A DNA stretch of 64,000 bases from an uncultured Bacteroidota bacterium. Lineage in GTDB: Bacteria > Bacteroidota > Bacteroidia > UKL13-3. Of this stretch, positions 1-10,419 are shown in pieces. Where the stretch lies: NCBI GenBank assembly GCA_903897855.1, contig CAIUDH010000041.1, forward strand, positions 44,879-108,878. The letters run 5' to 3'. Under the pieces are notes generated by a model. The model was not told where the DNA came from. It searched no databases and worked only from the letters and a program-made list of their open reading frames with translations. The first letter of the stretch is position 1, and each line of letters opens with the position of its first letter. The translations under genes and the position numbers were made by a program.

Positions 1-23
1 CCGGAACCACCCTTTCCGATTTT

Positions 24-521
24 ATGGATAGGACCTTAGGTCTGGGATATGCCACAGGGGCTCTCATACTCGTAACGTTGCTCGCAGCGTTGCTATTAAT
101 TTGGTATACCACCGAAAAATCATTGTCGGTAACAAATATAAAATCTAAGCGAGGTGAACTTTTTTATTGGGCGGCCATTTTAACCTCGAATACCTTAGGC
201 ACTGCTTTAGGCGATTTCTTAGCCGATGATTCAGGACTTGGATTTATGGGTGGAGCTTTACTCATAGGAAGTTTATTAGCCATCATTGGGGCAGCTTATC
301 TACTTGCCAAAATTTCGCATATCCTATTATTTTGGTTAGCCTTTGTGCTAACTCGTCCTTTCGGTGCAACTTTCGGAGATGTCCTTACTAAACCTGGCGA
401 TAAAGGAGGCTTCAATTTAGGTACCTTAGGATCCTCAGGAATTTTGTTTGCAATGCTGGTAATAATGATCATCTTCTCAATTTACAAATCGAAGTCGATC
501 GCACATAGAAAGATATCCTAA
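24..521 (+). CDS. Hypothetical polytopic membrane protein, possibly 5' truncated by the window edge
   Basis: Supplied ORF. Several hydrophobic helices (GALILVTLLAALLLIW, GGALLIGSLLAIIGAAYLL). No recognisable catalytic motif. The ORF begins 23 nt from the window start. Confidence 0.4.
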   Translation: MDRTLGLGYATGALILVTLLAALLLIWYTTEKSLSVTNIKSKRGELFYWAAILTSNTLGTALGDFLADDSGLGFMGGALLIGSLLAIIGAAYLLAKISHILLFWLAFVLTRPFGATFGDVLTKPGDKGGFNLGTLGSSGILFAMLVIMIIFSIYKSKSIAHRKIS

Positions 522-640
522 TGGCTAAATCTCATCCGAGAATGCTCCCTTACTAAAACTTGAATAAAAGGGTATCATGATTGTTTATGGCAGTAAAAAC
601 AATCCCATTCAAAGAAGGATTTTCAATCCACGCCAATCGT

Positions 641-1537
641 TTAAATGGCCGAGCCTGAACCTGAACCAGAGCCAGAATACATATTCTCACTTGGTTTAAT
701 ACTAAGCACCGGAATCGTAGAATGGTTTACTACTTGCTGAGCAAAAGCACCTAAGAAAATACCGGTGATCCTCGATTCATGCCCAGTGTTAATTACCATG
801 AGGTCGCATTGATGCACCTCGGCATACGTCATGGCAGCCTTTGCAATATTGTCGCCATAAATAACTTCTACTTCACAATGCAAGTTTCTTGCTTTAATCA
901 AATCTTCCACTTGCTTCACCTTCACATTAAATTTATTTATTTCAGTCTGCTCTTTGGTATCAAGCACCCCTAACACATGTACGTTAGAACCATACACAGT
1001 AGCTATTTCAATAGCCATATTAACTTTTGTACGACTATATAATGAGTTGTCGAAAGCCATCAAAATATTCTTAAATCCAAGAATATCTTTTTCTTTTCGG
1101 AGGGTGAGCACAGGAATCGCGGAAAGAGTTACCACACGCTGAGCGTTGCTCCCTATAAAATATTCTTGATAACCAGAGATGCCATGGGTTCCCATAATAA
1201 TCAAACTTGCGTGCTCCGTTTCAGCATAGTGACGTATGCCCTTTTGAACGTTGCCGGTAGTCACGAATAGATTCGCTTGAATGCCGGAATACGCTTTTAT
1301 TTTGTGTTGTAATTCAAGTAGTTTAGCATTGGCATGTTCAACCAATTGTGCCTTGGTTGGAGCTTCCAAAACGATATCGTTTTCAGTAGTAAGGCTCGAT
1401 TCATTTTGTTTTACCACATGGATAAAACTTAATTCAGCCTTAAAAAGCATCGCCATGGCAGCGGCGGTATAGATCGCAAACTCGGAAGTTTCGGAGAAAT
1501 CCACAGGGACTAAAATCCGTTCAATTTTATTGCTCAT
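641..1537 (-). CDS. Universal stress protein with tandem UspA domains
   Basis: Two repeated USP-like halves (ILVPVDFSETSEFAIYTAA...IIMGTHG and ILMAFDNS...VINTGHESRITGIFLGAFAQQVVNHSTIPVLSIK). The C-terminus ends in a GSGSGSGS tail. Confidence 0.75.
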   Translation of the reverse strand: MSNKIERILVPVDFSETSEFAIYTAAAMAMLFKAELSFIHVVKQNESSLTTENDIVLEAPTKAQLVEHANAKLLELQHKIKAYSGIQANLFVTTGNVQKGIRHYAETEHASLIIMGTHGISGYQEYFIGSNAQRVVTLSAIPVLTLRKEKDILGFKNILMAFDNSLYSRTKVNMAIEIATVYGSNVHVLGVLDTKEQTEINKFNVKVKQVEDLIKARNLHCEVEVIYGDNIAKAAMTYAEVHQCDLMVINTGHESRITGIFLGAFAQQVVNHSTIPVLSIKPSENMYSGSGSGSGSAI

Positions 1538-1730
1538 AATTAGTCAAATTTAGATAAATACGCTGTTAAAATTCGGTACAAAGTTAAATACTTTTTAGTA
1601 CATAAGTCGACTAAATTATTCAAAAAAATCAAACTCTTACAAAGCAACTCGACTAATTGCCAGGAACTTAGGGCTTCAATCAAAGAGCTCGTGTTGGGCC
1701 AGGAAGGAAAAAGTAGAGGAGCGTTGGCAT

Positions 1731-3539
1731 CTAGCCAATCATAAGATGTGTGTCGGGATAGGTATAATTGGCTTCGTCTTTGTTCACACTTAAGGCGTAG
1801 GCTATCGAGAGAATCCCGACTCGTCCGATAAACATCGTCAGCATTAAAGTGATTTTCGAACCCTCATTCAAACCCGAGGTAATGCCAAGACTGTACCCAA
1901 CATTACTAAAAGCCGATACCTCTTCAAACAGTAGATCGAAAAAAGGGATCATAGGTTCGAAAAGCTGCAACAAAAAAACACTCATAAAAATGACCAAAGA
2001 GGCAATAATATAAATAGTAAATGCTTTTAAAATAAGCTGTTGGTTTACGTTACGTTTTGCTATCGAGATGGATTTACGACTCCGGATACCGGCCAAAACA
2101 GTGCTTAAAATGACCACTACAGAAGAAGTTTTGATTCCCCCACCGGTGCCTCCTGAAGCCCCACCTACAAACATAATGACCATAATAATAAGTAATGAAG
2201 GATAAGTAGCATGAGCCAAATTAACCGTTGTAAACCCCCCGGTACGAGCGTTCACTATTTGAAATATCGACGTAATGATGCCCTCCATACTCTTTTGTTG
2301 GCTGAGCAAATTGTTTACTTCAGAAAAATAAAATATGATGCTTCCGAAAAAAATAATTACCAAAGATGAGTTGAGTGCAATTTGAGTAGATATTTTCCAT
2401 TTCTTCCAAGGCAATAAAGCCCTTAACCGTAAATTCTTTGCTGAAAAAATATCGCGGATAGCCGGAAATCCAAGCGCTCCAAAAAAAACGACTCCAGCCA
2501 TGGCCAAGTGCAAAATATAAAGCGAACTCACCGCTTGATTTCTGAAATTATCAGGAAACAAACTAAAACTAGCATTACAAAAACCACTGATCGCATGAAA
2601 AACAGAATAGTAAATATGCTGTGCCGTGGAGGTCCAGGGCAACTTCTGCCATAATACAAAAAGCATGATGGCCGCCGAAACCTCGATAATGAGAGTGACG
2701 ACGATAATTTGCTTCCACTGAAAAGACGACCCTTCAACACTTTCGTTATCGAACACAGACTTAAGCACCGACTGGTGTTTTAAACTCATTCCTTTCCGAA
2801 CGAAAGAGGCAAAGAAAGTAGCGAAGGAGATGATCCCAATACCCCCAAGTTGAATGAGGGCCAAAATAATCAGCTGCCCTTTTGTGTTGAAAAAGGTAGC
2901 GATATTTTGCACTTGCAAGCCGCAAACACAACTCGCACTTACACTGGTGAAAAGTGCATCGAGATAGTTTAATTGAACCCCCTGCTTATTCATTCCCGGT
3001 AGCATCAGAAGCACGCTGCCAAAAACAATAATGGTGATGTAGGCAGTAATAAATAAGGTGGCCGGCCGGAGTTTCACCGCACTGAATGTACGACTTACCC
3101 CTTTAATCAATTCCTTAGCGACCAAAAAAAGGAGATAAAGTTGAATCAGTGCCGTGTAAAAATCAATAAAATGCGGGAGTTTAACAAATTCAAAAAGTCG
3201 CTCAAACAATTTAAAACCAAACAGCCACTCGTTAATAATATCATAAAGCACCAAACTCAGAAGTATCGCTTCTACCCATGTTTCATTAATAAACTTGGTA
3301 CTTTTCGTGCTCAAAAACAAGCGTACCACATAATTAAAGATAAAAAACAAAAAGACCAATCGATTGAGATGCTGCAGCCATTTTATTTCTTCCTCGTCAT
3401 GTGTAAAGCCATGGTAAAAAACGAAAGTGCTGACACTTAATATTGAAACAATAAAAATGAGAAAACGTAACGTAGAGAGTATCGGCCGTCGAAACCTATA
3501 AATAAAGACCGCAAGTGAGGATGGTTTTAATATGGCCAA
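1731..3539 (-). CDS. TrkH/KtrB-family K+ transporter membrane subunit with an extra N-terminal extension
   Basis: GGASGGTGGGIKTSS and GFTTVNLAHATYPSLLIIMVIMFVGG motifs typical of the Trk/Ktr/HKT selectivity filter region. Multi-TM. 602 aa is longer than typical TrkH. Confidence 0.75.
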   Translation of the reverse strand: MAILKPSSLAVFIYRFRRPILSTLRFLIFIVSILSVSTFVFYHGFTHDEEEIKWLQHLNRLVFLFFIFNYVVRLFLSTKSTKFINETWVEAILLSLVLYDIINEWLFGFKLFERLFEFVKLPHFIDFYTALIQLYLLFLVAKELIKGVSRTFSAVKLRPATLFITAYITIIVFGSVLLMLPGMNKQGVQLNYLDALFTSVSASCVCGLQVQNIATFFNTKGQLIILALIQLGGIGIISFATFFASFVRKGMSLKHQSVLKSVFDNESVEGSSFQWKQIIVVTLIIEVSAAIMLFVLWQKLPWTSTAQHIYYSVFHAISGFCNASFSLFPDNFRNQAVSSLYILHLAMAGVVFFGALGFPAIRDIFSAKNLRLRALLPWKKWKISTQIALNSSLVIIFFGSIIFYFSEVNNLLSQQKSMEGIITSIFQIVNARTGGFTTVNLAHATYPSLLIIMVIMFVGGASGGTGGGIKTSSVVVILSTVLAGIRSRKSISIAKRNVNQQLILKAFTIYIIASLVIFMSVFLLQLFEPMIPFFDLLFEEVSAFSNVGYSLGITSGLNEGSKITLMLTMFIGRVGILSIAYALSVNKDEANYTYPDTHLMIG

Positions 3540-3547
3540 TAGTGTAA

Positions 3548-4108
3548 TTAATTAACTTTCGCTTTGACGCGGGTAGTAGTATCAATTTTGCCTTCCTTCT
3601 GCATCTGCTCGAAAATTTCTTCAGGCGATTTACCTAAAAATTTGCTATTCATGAGCATCACATCATTGGCGTATTCCCCTTGTGGGTATTTTTCGAGATA
3701 CCTCAAATAGTATTCACGCGCTTTTGAAGTATCCCCTTTATCGTTATCATAAATATATCCAAGTCGAAAAAGGGCCGTGGCCGCTTCTTTGCTTCCAGCA
3801 TAATGATCTACAATATTGAGGTATTCTGACACTGCGAGGTCAAGATATTTGGTGGCCCCATTGGAGGCGAGCGTGCTGTTATAATTAGCGGCGTTAAAGA
3901 GGTAGGTCGAGGCCAATGAATCGGTTGGAAATTCTAAGGCAAATTTCTCATATAAATGAGTCAAGCTATCAATATGTTGAGTGTTGTATTCATCCCCATT
4001 TTTCTCCATCATGGTGATGTTCTCAACCATTTTAGCACGCTTGCTATGGGTGCACGACAATACGAGTGCAATACACACAAGCATCCAAGAATAATTTATA
4101 TTTTTCAT
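3548..4108 (-). CDS. TPR-like lipoprotein
   Basis: Signal peptide with a lipobox-like LVLSC. Helical-repeat composition (ALFRLGYIYDNDKGDTSKAREYYLRYLEKYP). Confidence 0.5.
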   Translation of the reverse strand: MKNINYSWMLVCIALVLSCTHSKRAKMVENITMMEKNGDEYNTQHIDSLTHLYEKFALEFPTDSLASTYLFNAANYNSTLASNGATKYLDLAVSEYLNIVDHYAGSKEAATALFRLGYIYDNDKGDTSKAREYYLRYLEKYPQGEYANDVMLMNSKFLGKSPEEIFEQMQKEGKIDTTTRVKAKVN

Positions 4109-4259
4109 ATCTGATGCGAATATAATAGTTTATGCTTAAAGAAAACAGTACTAATAATGCGAATGCTTAACCAAATCTGCTTTGGGATTTCAATCGTAGG
4201 ATGTTATTACAAACAATCTACTTATTTTCCGTTACTTTGTACCCCATCTAAGAGAAACA

Positions 4260-4676
4260 ATGATTGTATCTGCCTGCCGCAAGGCTCATTTTAATGCCGC
4301 ACACCGCTTGAATAATCCAACCTGGAGTGTAGAGAAGAACGAACTGATTTTCGGGTCGTGTAACAATGCAAATTTCCATGGGCATAACTACGAACTAATC
4401 GTAAAACTCACAGGCGAGCCAGATCCTGAAACGGGTTACCTTTTCGATTTGAAGATATTAAAAGAAATCATCAAACTGGAGATCGAAGATCGCTTTGATC
4501 ATAAAAATTTAAATCTGGATACAATGGAGTTTAAAACCCTCAATCCGACGGCTGAAAATATCAGTATCGTCATCTGGAATATACTTCGCACCAAACTTTC
4601 TCAAAAACTAAAACTGCATATCACCCTTTATGAAACTCCCAATAACTACGTCGAATACGATGGAACTAGTGAATAA
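4260..4676 (+). CDS. queD: 6-carboxytetrahydropterin / 6-pyruvoyl-tetrahydropterin synthase (QueD/PTPS family)
   Basis: AHFNAAHRL, CNNANFHGHNYEL and ETGYLFDLKILKEI motifs of the PTPS/QueD fold. It is immediately followed by folE. Confidence 0.8.
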   Translation: MIVSACRKAHFNAAHRLNNPTWSVEKNELIFGSCNNANFHGHNYELIVKLTGEPDPETGYLFDLKILKEIIKLEIEDRFDHKNLNLDTMEFKTLNPTAENISIVIWNILRTKLSQKLKLHITLYETPNNYVEYDGTSE

Positions 4677-4677
4677 A

Positions 4678-5322
4678 ATGGCCGACGAGCTTGGCGACAA
4701 CCATATCGGTACCAATACCGATACACCGATGCGTGAAGATGCCTTTGTGATGGAAGACAGTGTTAAAATAGAATCGATTGAGAAACATTTCCGGGAAATA
4801 ATGAATATCCTTGGATTGGATTTGAATGATGACAGTTTACGCGGAACGCCTCGTAGGGTGGCCCGCATGTATGTAGAGGAAATTTTCAGAGGATTAAACC
4901 CTTTAAATAAGCCCGACACCAAGCTCTTCGAAAACAAATACAATTACGGGCAGATGTTGGTTGAAAAAAACATCACCTTCTACAGTAATTGCGAACATCA
5001 CTTTGTGCCCATCTGGGGTGTGGCACATGTGGCTTACATCGCCAATGGTCATGTTATTGGCTTGTCAAAAATAAACAGGATTGTTCAATTTGTGGCTGCC
5101 AGGCCTCAAGTACAAGAAAGAATGACTTTGCAAATTTTAAAAGAATTGAAGCAATCGCTCCAAACCGAGGATATCGCAGTCGTTATTGATGCCCATCATC
5201 ACTGTGTTTCATCACGCGGCATTCGAGATATACAAAGTAGTACCACCACCTCTGAGTTTAGTGGCAAATTTAAAGACGACGACAAATGCAGGACTGAGTT
5301 TTTTACCTATATCGCAAAGTAA
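4678..5322 (+). CDS. folE: GTP cyclohydrolase I
   Basis: CEHHFVPIWGVAHVAYIANGHVIGLSKINRIVQFVAARPQVQERMT is the FolE core. The supplied ORF starts at 4630 and overlaps queD. The ATG at 4678, 2 nt after the queD stop, is the likelier start; the ATG at 4660 is an alternative. Confidence 0.85.
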   Translation: MADELGDNHIGTNTDTPMREDAFVMEDSVKIESIEKHFREIMNILGLDLNDDSLRGTPRRVARMYVEEIFRGLNPLNKPDTKLFENKYNYGQMLVEKNITFYSNCEHHFVPIWGVAHVAYIANGHVIGLSKINRIVQFVAARPQVQERMTLQILKELKQSLQTEDIAVVIDAHHHCVSSRGIRDIQSSTTTSEFSGKFKDDDKCRTEFFTYIAK

Positions 5323-5352
5323 ACTTACACCTTGTGATAAAGCAGTATTCGT

Positions 5353-6207
5353 ATGGTTCAGATAATACGCCCCAAAAATCTACTGTTAATGGCTTTGCTG
5401 CAGTGTTTCGTGCTGCTTAAACTCGGTGCCTATAATTACCTTTTCTATGATATTTTTAGAACCATCACACTGCTTTCTTCTACCCTACTCATCGCAGCCG
5501 GTGGTTATATTATCAATGATTATTTTGATGTAAAAATAGACCTGGTGAATAAACCAGCAAAAGTGGTTATTGGGAAAACGCTGTCGCGCCGACGGGCTAT
5601 TATTTTTCATATTGTTTTTACTGCCTTAGGCATTCTCTGCGCGGCATACATCAGTATCGGCACGCTTGGCATCGCGGTTCTATGCACCGTTTTGCTCTAT
5701 CTGTACTCCTCTTCCTTGAAAAAAAGATTTCTTGTTGGCAACATGACTATCGCTTTTTTAGCGGCCTTAAGTGTTGTTATCTGCAAAACCTATATCCACG
5801 ATTTGGACGATACCAAAATCGCTGCTTATAGCATATTTGCGGCCTTAAGTACCTTGCTGCGAGAAATAGTTAAAGATGTGGAGGATGAAAAAGGCGACAT
5901 GCTATTTCAGAGTCATTCCTTGGCCATCAGCTTAGGTTTGCGCCGCACTAAAAAGATACTACTGCTGATCGTTATCCTACTCTTGGCAGGCGTCATATCA
6001 TACCTTGCAGAGGCATATCACTCCTCCTCGATGAATGAACTCTTCTTTTGGACCTATACCCTGTTCCTCTTCGCAGGTGTCGTTTTCCCATTATTGTATT
6101 TTATTTTCAAATTGCTTCAGGCAGAAAAACAAACAGATTTCGCCCAATTGAGTAGACTCGTGAAAATTATAATGTTGATAGGTATCTTCTCTATTTTGTT
6201 GAGTTGA
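5353..6207 (+). CDS. UbiA-family aromatic/isoprenoid prenyltransferase
   Basis: Nine-TM-like hydrophobic profile. Asp-rich motif IINDYFDVKIDLVNKP (NDxxDxxxD). 4-nt overlap with the downstream maf. Confidence 0.7.
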   Translation: MVQIIRPKNLLLMALLQCFVLLKLGAYNYLFYDIFRTITLLSSTLLIAAGGYIINDYFDVKIDLVNKPAKVVIGKTLSRRRAIIFHIVFTALGILCAAYISIGTLGIAVLCTVLLYLYSSSLKKRFLVGNMTIAFLAALSVVICKTYIHDLDDTKIAAYSIFAALSTLLREIVKDVEDEKGDMLFQSHSLAISLGLRRTKKILLLIVILLLAGVISYLAEAYHSSSMNELFFWTYTLFLFAGVVFPLLYFIFKLLQAEKQTDFAQLSRLVKIIMLIGIFSILLS

Positions 6208-6812
6208 TTATCTTTGCACTCTCATCCATGATAATTTTAGGTTCCAAATCGCCACGAAGAAAACAACTGCTATTAGAATGTGGTTTCGAATTTATTGTGA
6301 AGCATTTTGAAGTAGACGAATCCTTCCCGGAAACCCTAAAGCAACAGGAGGTACCCCTGTATTTAAGTCAAAAAAAAGCCGAATTATACCCCGACTCATT
6401 AAACGACGTGCTACTCATCTGTGCCGATACCATTGTATGCTTAGATGAAATGACCATCAACAAACCTGCCGATTACCAAGAGGCCTTTACCATGCTAAAA
6501 TTGCTCTCAGGGCGTATGCACGAGGTGTATACGGGTATCACCTTACGCAAAGGAAATGAGTATCGTAGTTTCTACGAGCGCACAGAAGTATACTTCAAAC
6601 CACTTACAGACCACGAAATTAAAGAGTACATCACCCATTTTAACCCTTACGATAAAGCGGGCGGATACGGTATTCAAGATTGGATTGGTTATATTGGAGT
6701 TGAAAAGATTGTAGGATGCTACTATAACGTAATGGGGTTGCCTATCTCTCGATTGTATAAAGAATTACTCGAATTCTACCCTGAAAGTGTTAAATCGGTG
6801 CAACATAGCTAA
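6204..6812 (+). CDS. maf: Maf-like nucleoside triphosphate pyrophosphatase
   Basis: N-terminal IILGSKSPRRKQLL, and GGYGIQDWIGYIGVEKIVGCYYNVMGLPI, typical of Maf/YhdE. Confidence 0.8.
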   Translation: MIIFALSSMIILGSKSPRRKQLLLECGFEFIVKHFEVDESFPETLKQQEVPLYLSQKKAELYPDSLNDVLLICADTIVCLDEMTINKPADYQEAFTMLKLLSGRMHEVYTGITLRKGNEYRSFYERTEVYFKPLTDHEIKEYITHFNPYDKAGGYGIQDWIGYIGVEKIVGCYYNVMGLPISRLYKELLEFYPESVKSVQHS

Positions 6813-6950
6813 CCCTTTTTCGACTTTCCTATAATTTATTTACTCCCTCTTTTGTATTGTAAAAGTACTGTCATATTAAGCACAGATGGCATATTCAGCG
6901 TTTCTAGCGCCTATCTTTGCAGTCGAAAAAAAACCAAATTCAATTATCTC

Positions 6951-8189
6951 ATGAGGAATCCTCTTTCACTACTTTTTATCGTCATTCTTAGTTATAATAT
7001 TTCAGCCCAAACAATAGTCAACGATTCGGCATCCATCGGAGCCAATTACGCCAATCAAACCTTTTATAGCCTGGCCAACAGCACAATATCGAGTATCGAT
7101 AACAGCAATTGGGAATTGGCCTTTCATGCCGATAATAGGGAAGCCTCCATATTCGTAAACAGTAAGAGGGATGTTAAATTATACCTGGCAAGCAATGATA
7201 CCAGTAAATGGAACAGCCTTGACACCACCAACAAAACAGCCAAACAGTTTCATAATAGCGACAGTAGTTGGCTCTTTGGCGCCTTCAATCGTGAGGTGCT
7301 TCCCGGAGGCTTTGAATATGGATGGGGCACCTATAACTCAACCACACATGAAATTGATGGAAATAAGATATATTTCATCAACTATGGTCTTAACCTCTGG
7401 AAAAAAATAATGATTACGAGTCATGATGTTAATTACAGATATCATTTTCGTTATGCTAACCTCGATGGATCGAATGAAACATCCGTAATCATTACCAAAG
7501 CGAATTACACCAAACGTAATTTTATTTATTACTCTATTGCAAACAATGCAATCCTTGATAGAGAGCCCGATTACAACACTTATGACTTAATTTTTCATCA
7601 ATATGAGGAGGAGATACCATCGTATTACAAGGTAACGGGAGTGCAACTCAATAGAAATGTAAAAGCTAAAAAAGTGTATCCCGTAAACAACGTTACAACA
7701 GCCACCCCAACAGGCCTGACGCTATCAAAAAACATCTCTGCTATTGGCAGAGACTGGAAAGCCTACGACGTTAATTTAGGCCAATGGACTATAGAAGATT
7801 CTACTGTTTACTTTGTGCAAGACCTCAGCGGTTCTAAAATTTGGCGACTTGTATTTACGGGTTTTGCGGGCGGCAGTACGGGCCGAATGTACTTTACAAA
7901 AACGGCCTTCGCTTCTGGTATTAATGAAAAGGCAATCACCTCTCTCGGACTCTACCCAAACCCATCCAATACAAGCAGCACCTTGAATTTTTATGCTAAC
8001 CAATCGCAACCAATGGCCATTACTGTAAAAGATTTCACCGGCAGACAAATTCTATCAGAACAGATTTCAACATACGAAGGCTTTAATGAATATACCATTA
8101 ATACAAGCATATTAAATAATGGCACCTATTTAGTTCAGGTGCAAAGCAATGAGGGCATAACCACTCAAAAGCTAATGGTAAACCGATAA
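6951..8189 (+). CDS. HmuY-like secreted protein with a T9SS C-terminal sorting domain
   Basis: Signal peptide (MRNPLSLLFIVILSYNISAQ). The NSNWELAFH motif is shared with the paralog at 10416 (SRNDWDLAFESG). C-terminal LYPNPS...GTYLVQVQSNEGITTQKLMVNR is a Por/T9SS CTD. The supplied ORF starts earlier at 6852. Confidence 0.5.
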   Translation: MRNPLSLLFIVILSYNISAQTIVNDSASIGANYANQTFYSLANSTISSIDNSNWELAFHADNREASIFVNSKRDVKLYLASNDTSKWNSLDTTNKTAKQFHNSDSSWLFGAFNREVLPGGFEYGWGTYNSTTHEIDGNKIYFINYGLNLWKKIMITSHDVNYRYHFRYANLDGSNETSVIITKANYTKRNFIYYSIANNAILDREPDYNTYDLIFHQYEEEIPSYYKVTGVQLNRNVKAKKVYPVNNVTTATPTGLTLSKNISAIGRDWKAYDVNLGQWTIEDSTVYFVQDLSGSKIWRLVFTGFAGGSTGRMYFTKTAFASGINEKAITSLGLYPNPSNTSSTLNFYANQSQPMAITVKDFTGRQILSEQISTYEGFNEYTINTSILNNGTYLVQVQSNEGITTQKLMVNR

Positions 8190-8199
8190 AAAACAAACG

Positions 8200-10419
8200 A
8201 TGAGACTAGGCCTGTGCATGATACTATTGGTATTCCTGAAGTTCACACTTCATGCACAACAACTATTGATTATTGATTCGAGTTCCACTCTGCTCAATGC
8301 AACCGTTGAAGCACGGAACATTGAAACAAACAAAAAAACAAAAGGCGCAGCCATCAACGGATTGTTTCAATTACCCACTTCGGGCCGTTTCATCATCAAC
8401 ATTCATTCCATTGGTTTTGAAGATTACCAAAGTACCATGAACGTTGAAAAAATGCAAGTTTTGAAAGTGATGCTTTCGAAATCGATAACAACCATCACCG
8501 ACATTGTTGTAACAGGTGAAATTGGCAACAAAACTCCTAAAAATTCGGTGATTCCCATCAAAGTCATCGACAGCAAGAAAATTAGTTTAATGGGAGCTCA
8601 AAACCTTCGCGACGTGCTCACCAACGAGAGTGGTATTCGTATCAGTCAGGATAATCTTTTAGGGAGTAGTATCAGCATGCAAGGTATTAGCGGTGAAAAT
8701 GTAAAGATACTCTTAGATGGAGTACCCATCATCGGACGACAGAATGGAAATATCGATTTGTCACAGATCGACTTGAGTAACATCGAACGAATAGAAATTA
8801 TTGAAGGCCCGATGAGTGTTAATTATGGTACGAATGCACTAGGGGGTGTAATCAATATTATTACCAAAAAAGGCAGCTTACAAAAAAACTCAATAGCATT
8901 AAAAACTTATTACGAATCAATAGGAACTTATAATTCGGGATTGGTAGCTAATACCCATATAAAAAAACTAACCCTTCAAATGAATGCCTCTCGTAACTTC
9001 TTCGATGGCTGGAGTGCCACCGATAAATACGAAGCATTTCCACAACAACATCTAGCCGATACGAGCCGATTGAAAACGTGGAAACCCAAGACACAATTTA
9101 ATACCGGCATTTCATTGGGATACAAAATCAAAAACTGGGATTTAAAATATAAGTCGGGATACTTTAACGAACTGATATTGAACCGAGGTATGCCAAGGGC
9201 TCCCTATTATGAAGATGCCTTCGACGACACCTACAATACGTTGAGATTGGACAATACTTTTCTTGCCAACTACTCCAAGACATCGAAAAGATTGTGGAAC
9301 ACACAATTATCTTACAATTATTATAAACGCATAAAAAATACTTACTATACCGATTTAACAAGTTTAGTAAAACAATTCTCAGTGATGCCGGAAGATCAAG
9401 ATACATCAAAATTCACTTTGCTCAATTTCCGATCGTCATATATCTCGGCCTATAAAAAATTAAATTATGAAGCTGGAGTTGATGTGAATAACGAGAGTGC
9501 TACAGGCTTGCGTATCAAACAAAACCTGCAAAACCAAGGCGATTACGCCTTTTTCGCGGTAGGCGAATACGACCTACTGAGTTCATTAACACTGAGAGGT
9601 GGACTCAGAGCTGCGTATAACACACATTATAAGGCCCCCATGCTTCCCTCCTTCAATGCCAAATGGTTTATCAATTCTAAAAACATCATTCGGGTAAGTT
9701 TCTCTAAAGGTTTCAAAGCCCCCTCACTCAAGGAGTTGTACTTTAACTTTGTTGACTTCAATCATAATATTATTGGAAATACCAACCTCAAAGCGGAAAC
9801 TTCGAATAGTATTAATTTACAATACAACTTTGTTGCGATGTATGGCAAAACCCTCGTTAAATTTGAATCCAAAGCCTTTTACAACCACCTGAACAACCTC
9901 ATCACCCTGGCCCAAATACAAGGCTTGAGCTATACTTATGTAAATATCGGAGTTTATAAAACTACAGGCATACAAGTCAACGGGGATATAACTTTGGGTA
10001 ATTTCAAAATCAATGCCGGCGTAAATGTAGTTGGCCGTTACAATCAATTAGCAAATTCACAACAGGTTTCTAAGTTTTATTATAGTCCTGAGTATATTAC
10101 TTCATTAAGTTACCAGATAAGCCGATATTATACTCAAATTAATTTGCTCTATAAATTTAATGGAAAACTGCAAACCTATGTGTTGAATGATATGAATAAT
10201 ATTGTGATTCAAGAGGTAGCAAGCTATTCTTGGGCCGATTTATCTATAACTCAACCATTCAGCAAAAACTTATCGGTGGGTGGTGGAATTAAAAACATTT
10301 TTAATATTCAAAATATTCAAACAACTACGGGCACTAGCTTTCACCAAAGTGGAAATCAAATGCCTATAGGTGCGGGGCGATTTTGGTTTTTTAGCATTAA
10401 CTATTTACTTCAAAAATGA
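8200..10419 (+). CDS. TonB-dependent outer-membrane receptor (HmuR-like)
   Basis: Plug-domain motifs (DIVVTGE, SGIRISQD, IERIEIIEGPMSVNYGTNALGGVINIITKKG). C-terminal GAGRFWFFSINYLLQK beta-barrel terminus. ATGA overlap with the next gene. Confidence 0.85.
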   Translation: MRLGLCMILLVFLKFTLHAQQLLIIDSSSTLLNATVEARNIETNKKTKGAAINGLFQLPTSGRFIINIHSIGFEDYQSTMNVEKMQVLKVMLSKSITTITDIVVTGEIGNKTPKNSVIPIKVIDSKKISLMGAQNLRDVLTNESGIRISQDNLLGSSISMQGISGENVKILLDGVPIIGRQNGNIDLSQIDLSNIERIEIIEGPMSVNYGTNALGGVINIITKKGSLQKNSIALKTYYESIGTYNSGLVANTHIKKLTLQMNASRNFFDGWSATDKYEAFPQQHLADTSRLKTWKPKTQFNTGISLGYKIKNWDLKYKSGYFNELILNRGMPRAPYYEDAFDDTYNTLRLDNTFLANYSKTSKRLWNTQLSYNYYKRIKNTYYTDLTSLVKQFSVMPEDQDTSKFTLLNFRSSYISAYKKLNYEAGVDVNNESATGLRIKQNLQNQGDYAFFAVGEYDLLSSLTLRGGLRAAYNTHYKAPMLPSFNAKWFINSKNIIRVSFSKGFKAPSLKELYFNFVDFNHNIIGNTNLKAETSNSINLQYNFVAMYGKTLVKFESKAFYNHLNNLITLAQIQGLSYTYVNIGVYKTTGIQVNGDITLGNFKINAGVNVVGRYNQLANSQQVSKFYYSPEYITSLSYQISRYYTQINLLYKFNGKLQTYVLNDMNNIVIQEVASYSWADLSITQPFSKNLSVGGGIKNIFNIQNIQTTTGTSFHQSGNQMPIGAGRFWFFSINYLLQK

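Noticed and set aside
641-700. GSGSGSGS C-terminal tail on the Usp protein, which could hint at a linker, fusion or frameshift
   Set aside because: The reading frame ends cleanly at a stop codon with no downstream continuation in any frame. It is most likely a flexible low-complexity tail.
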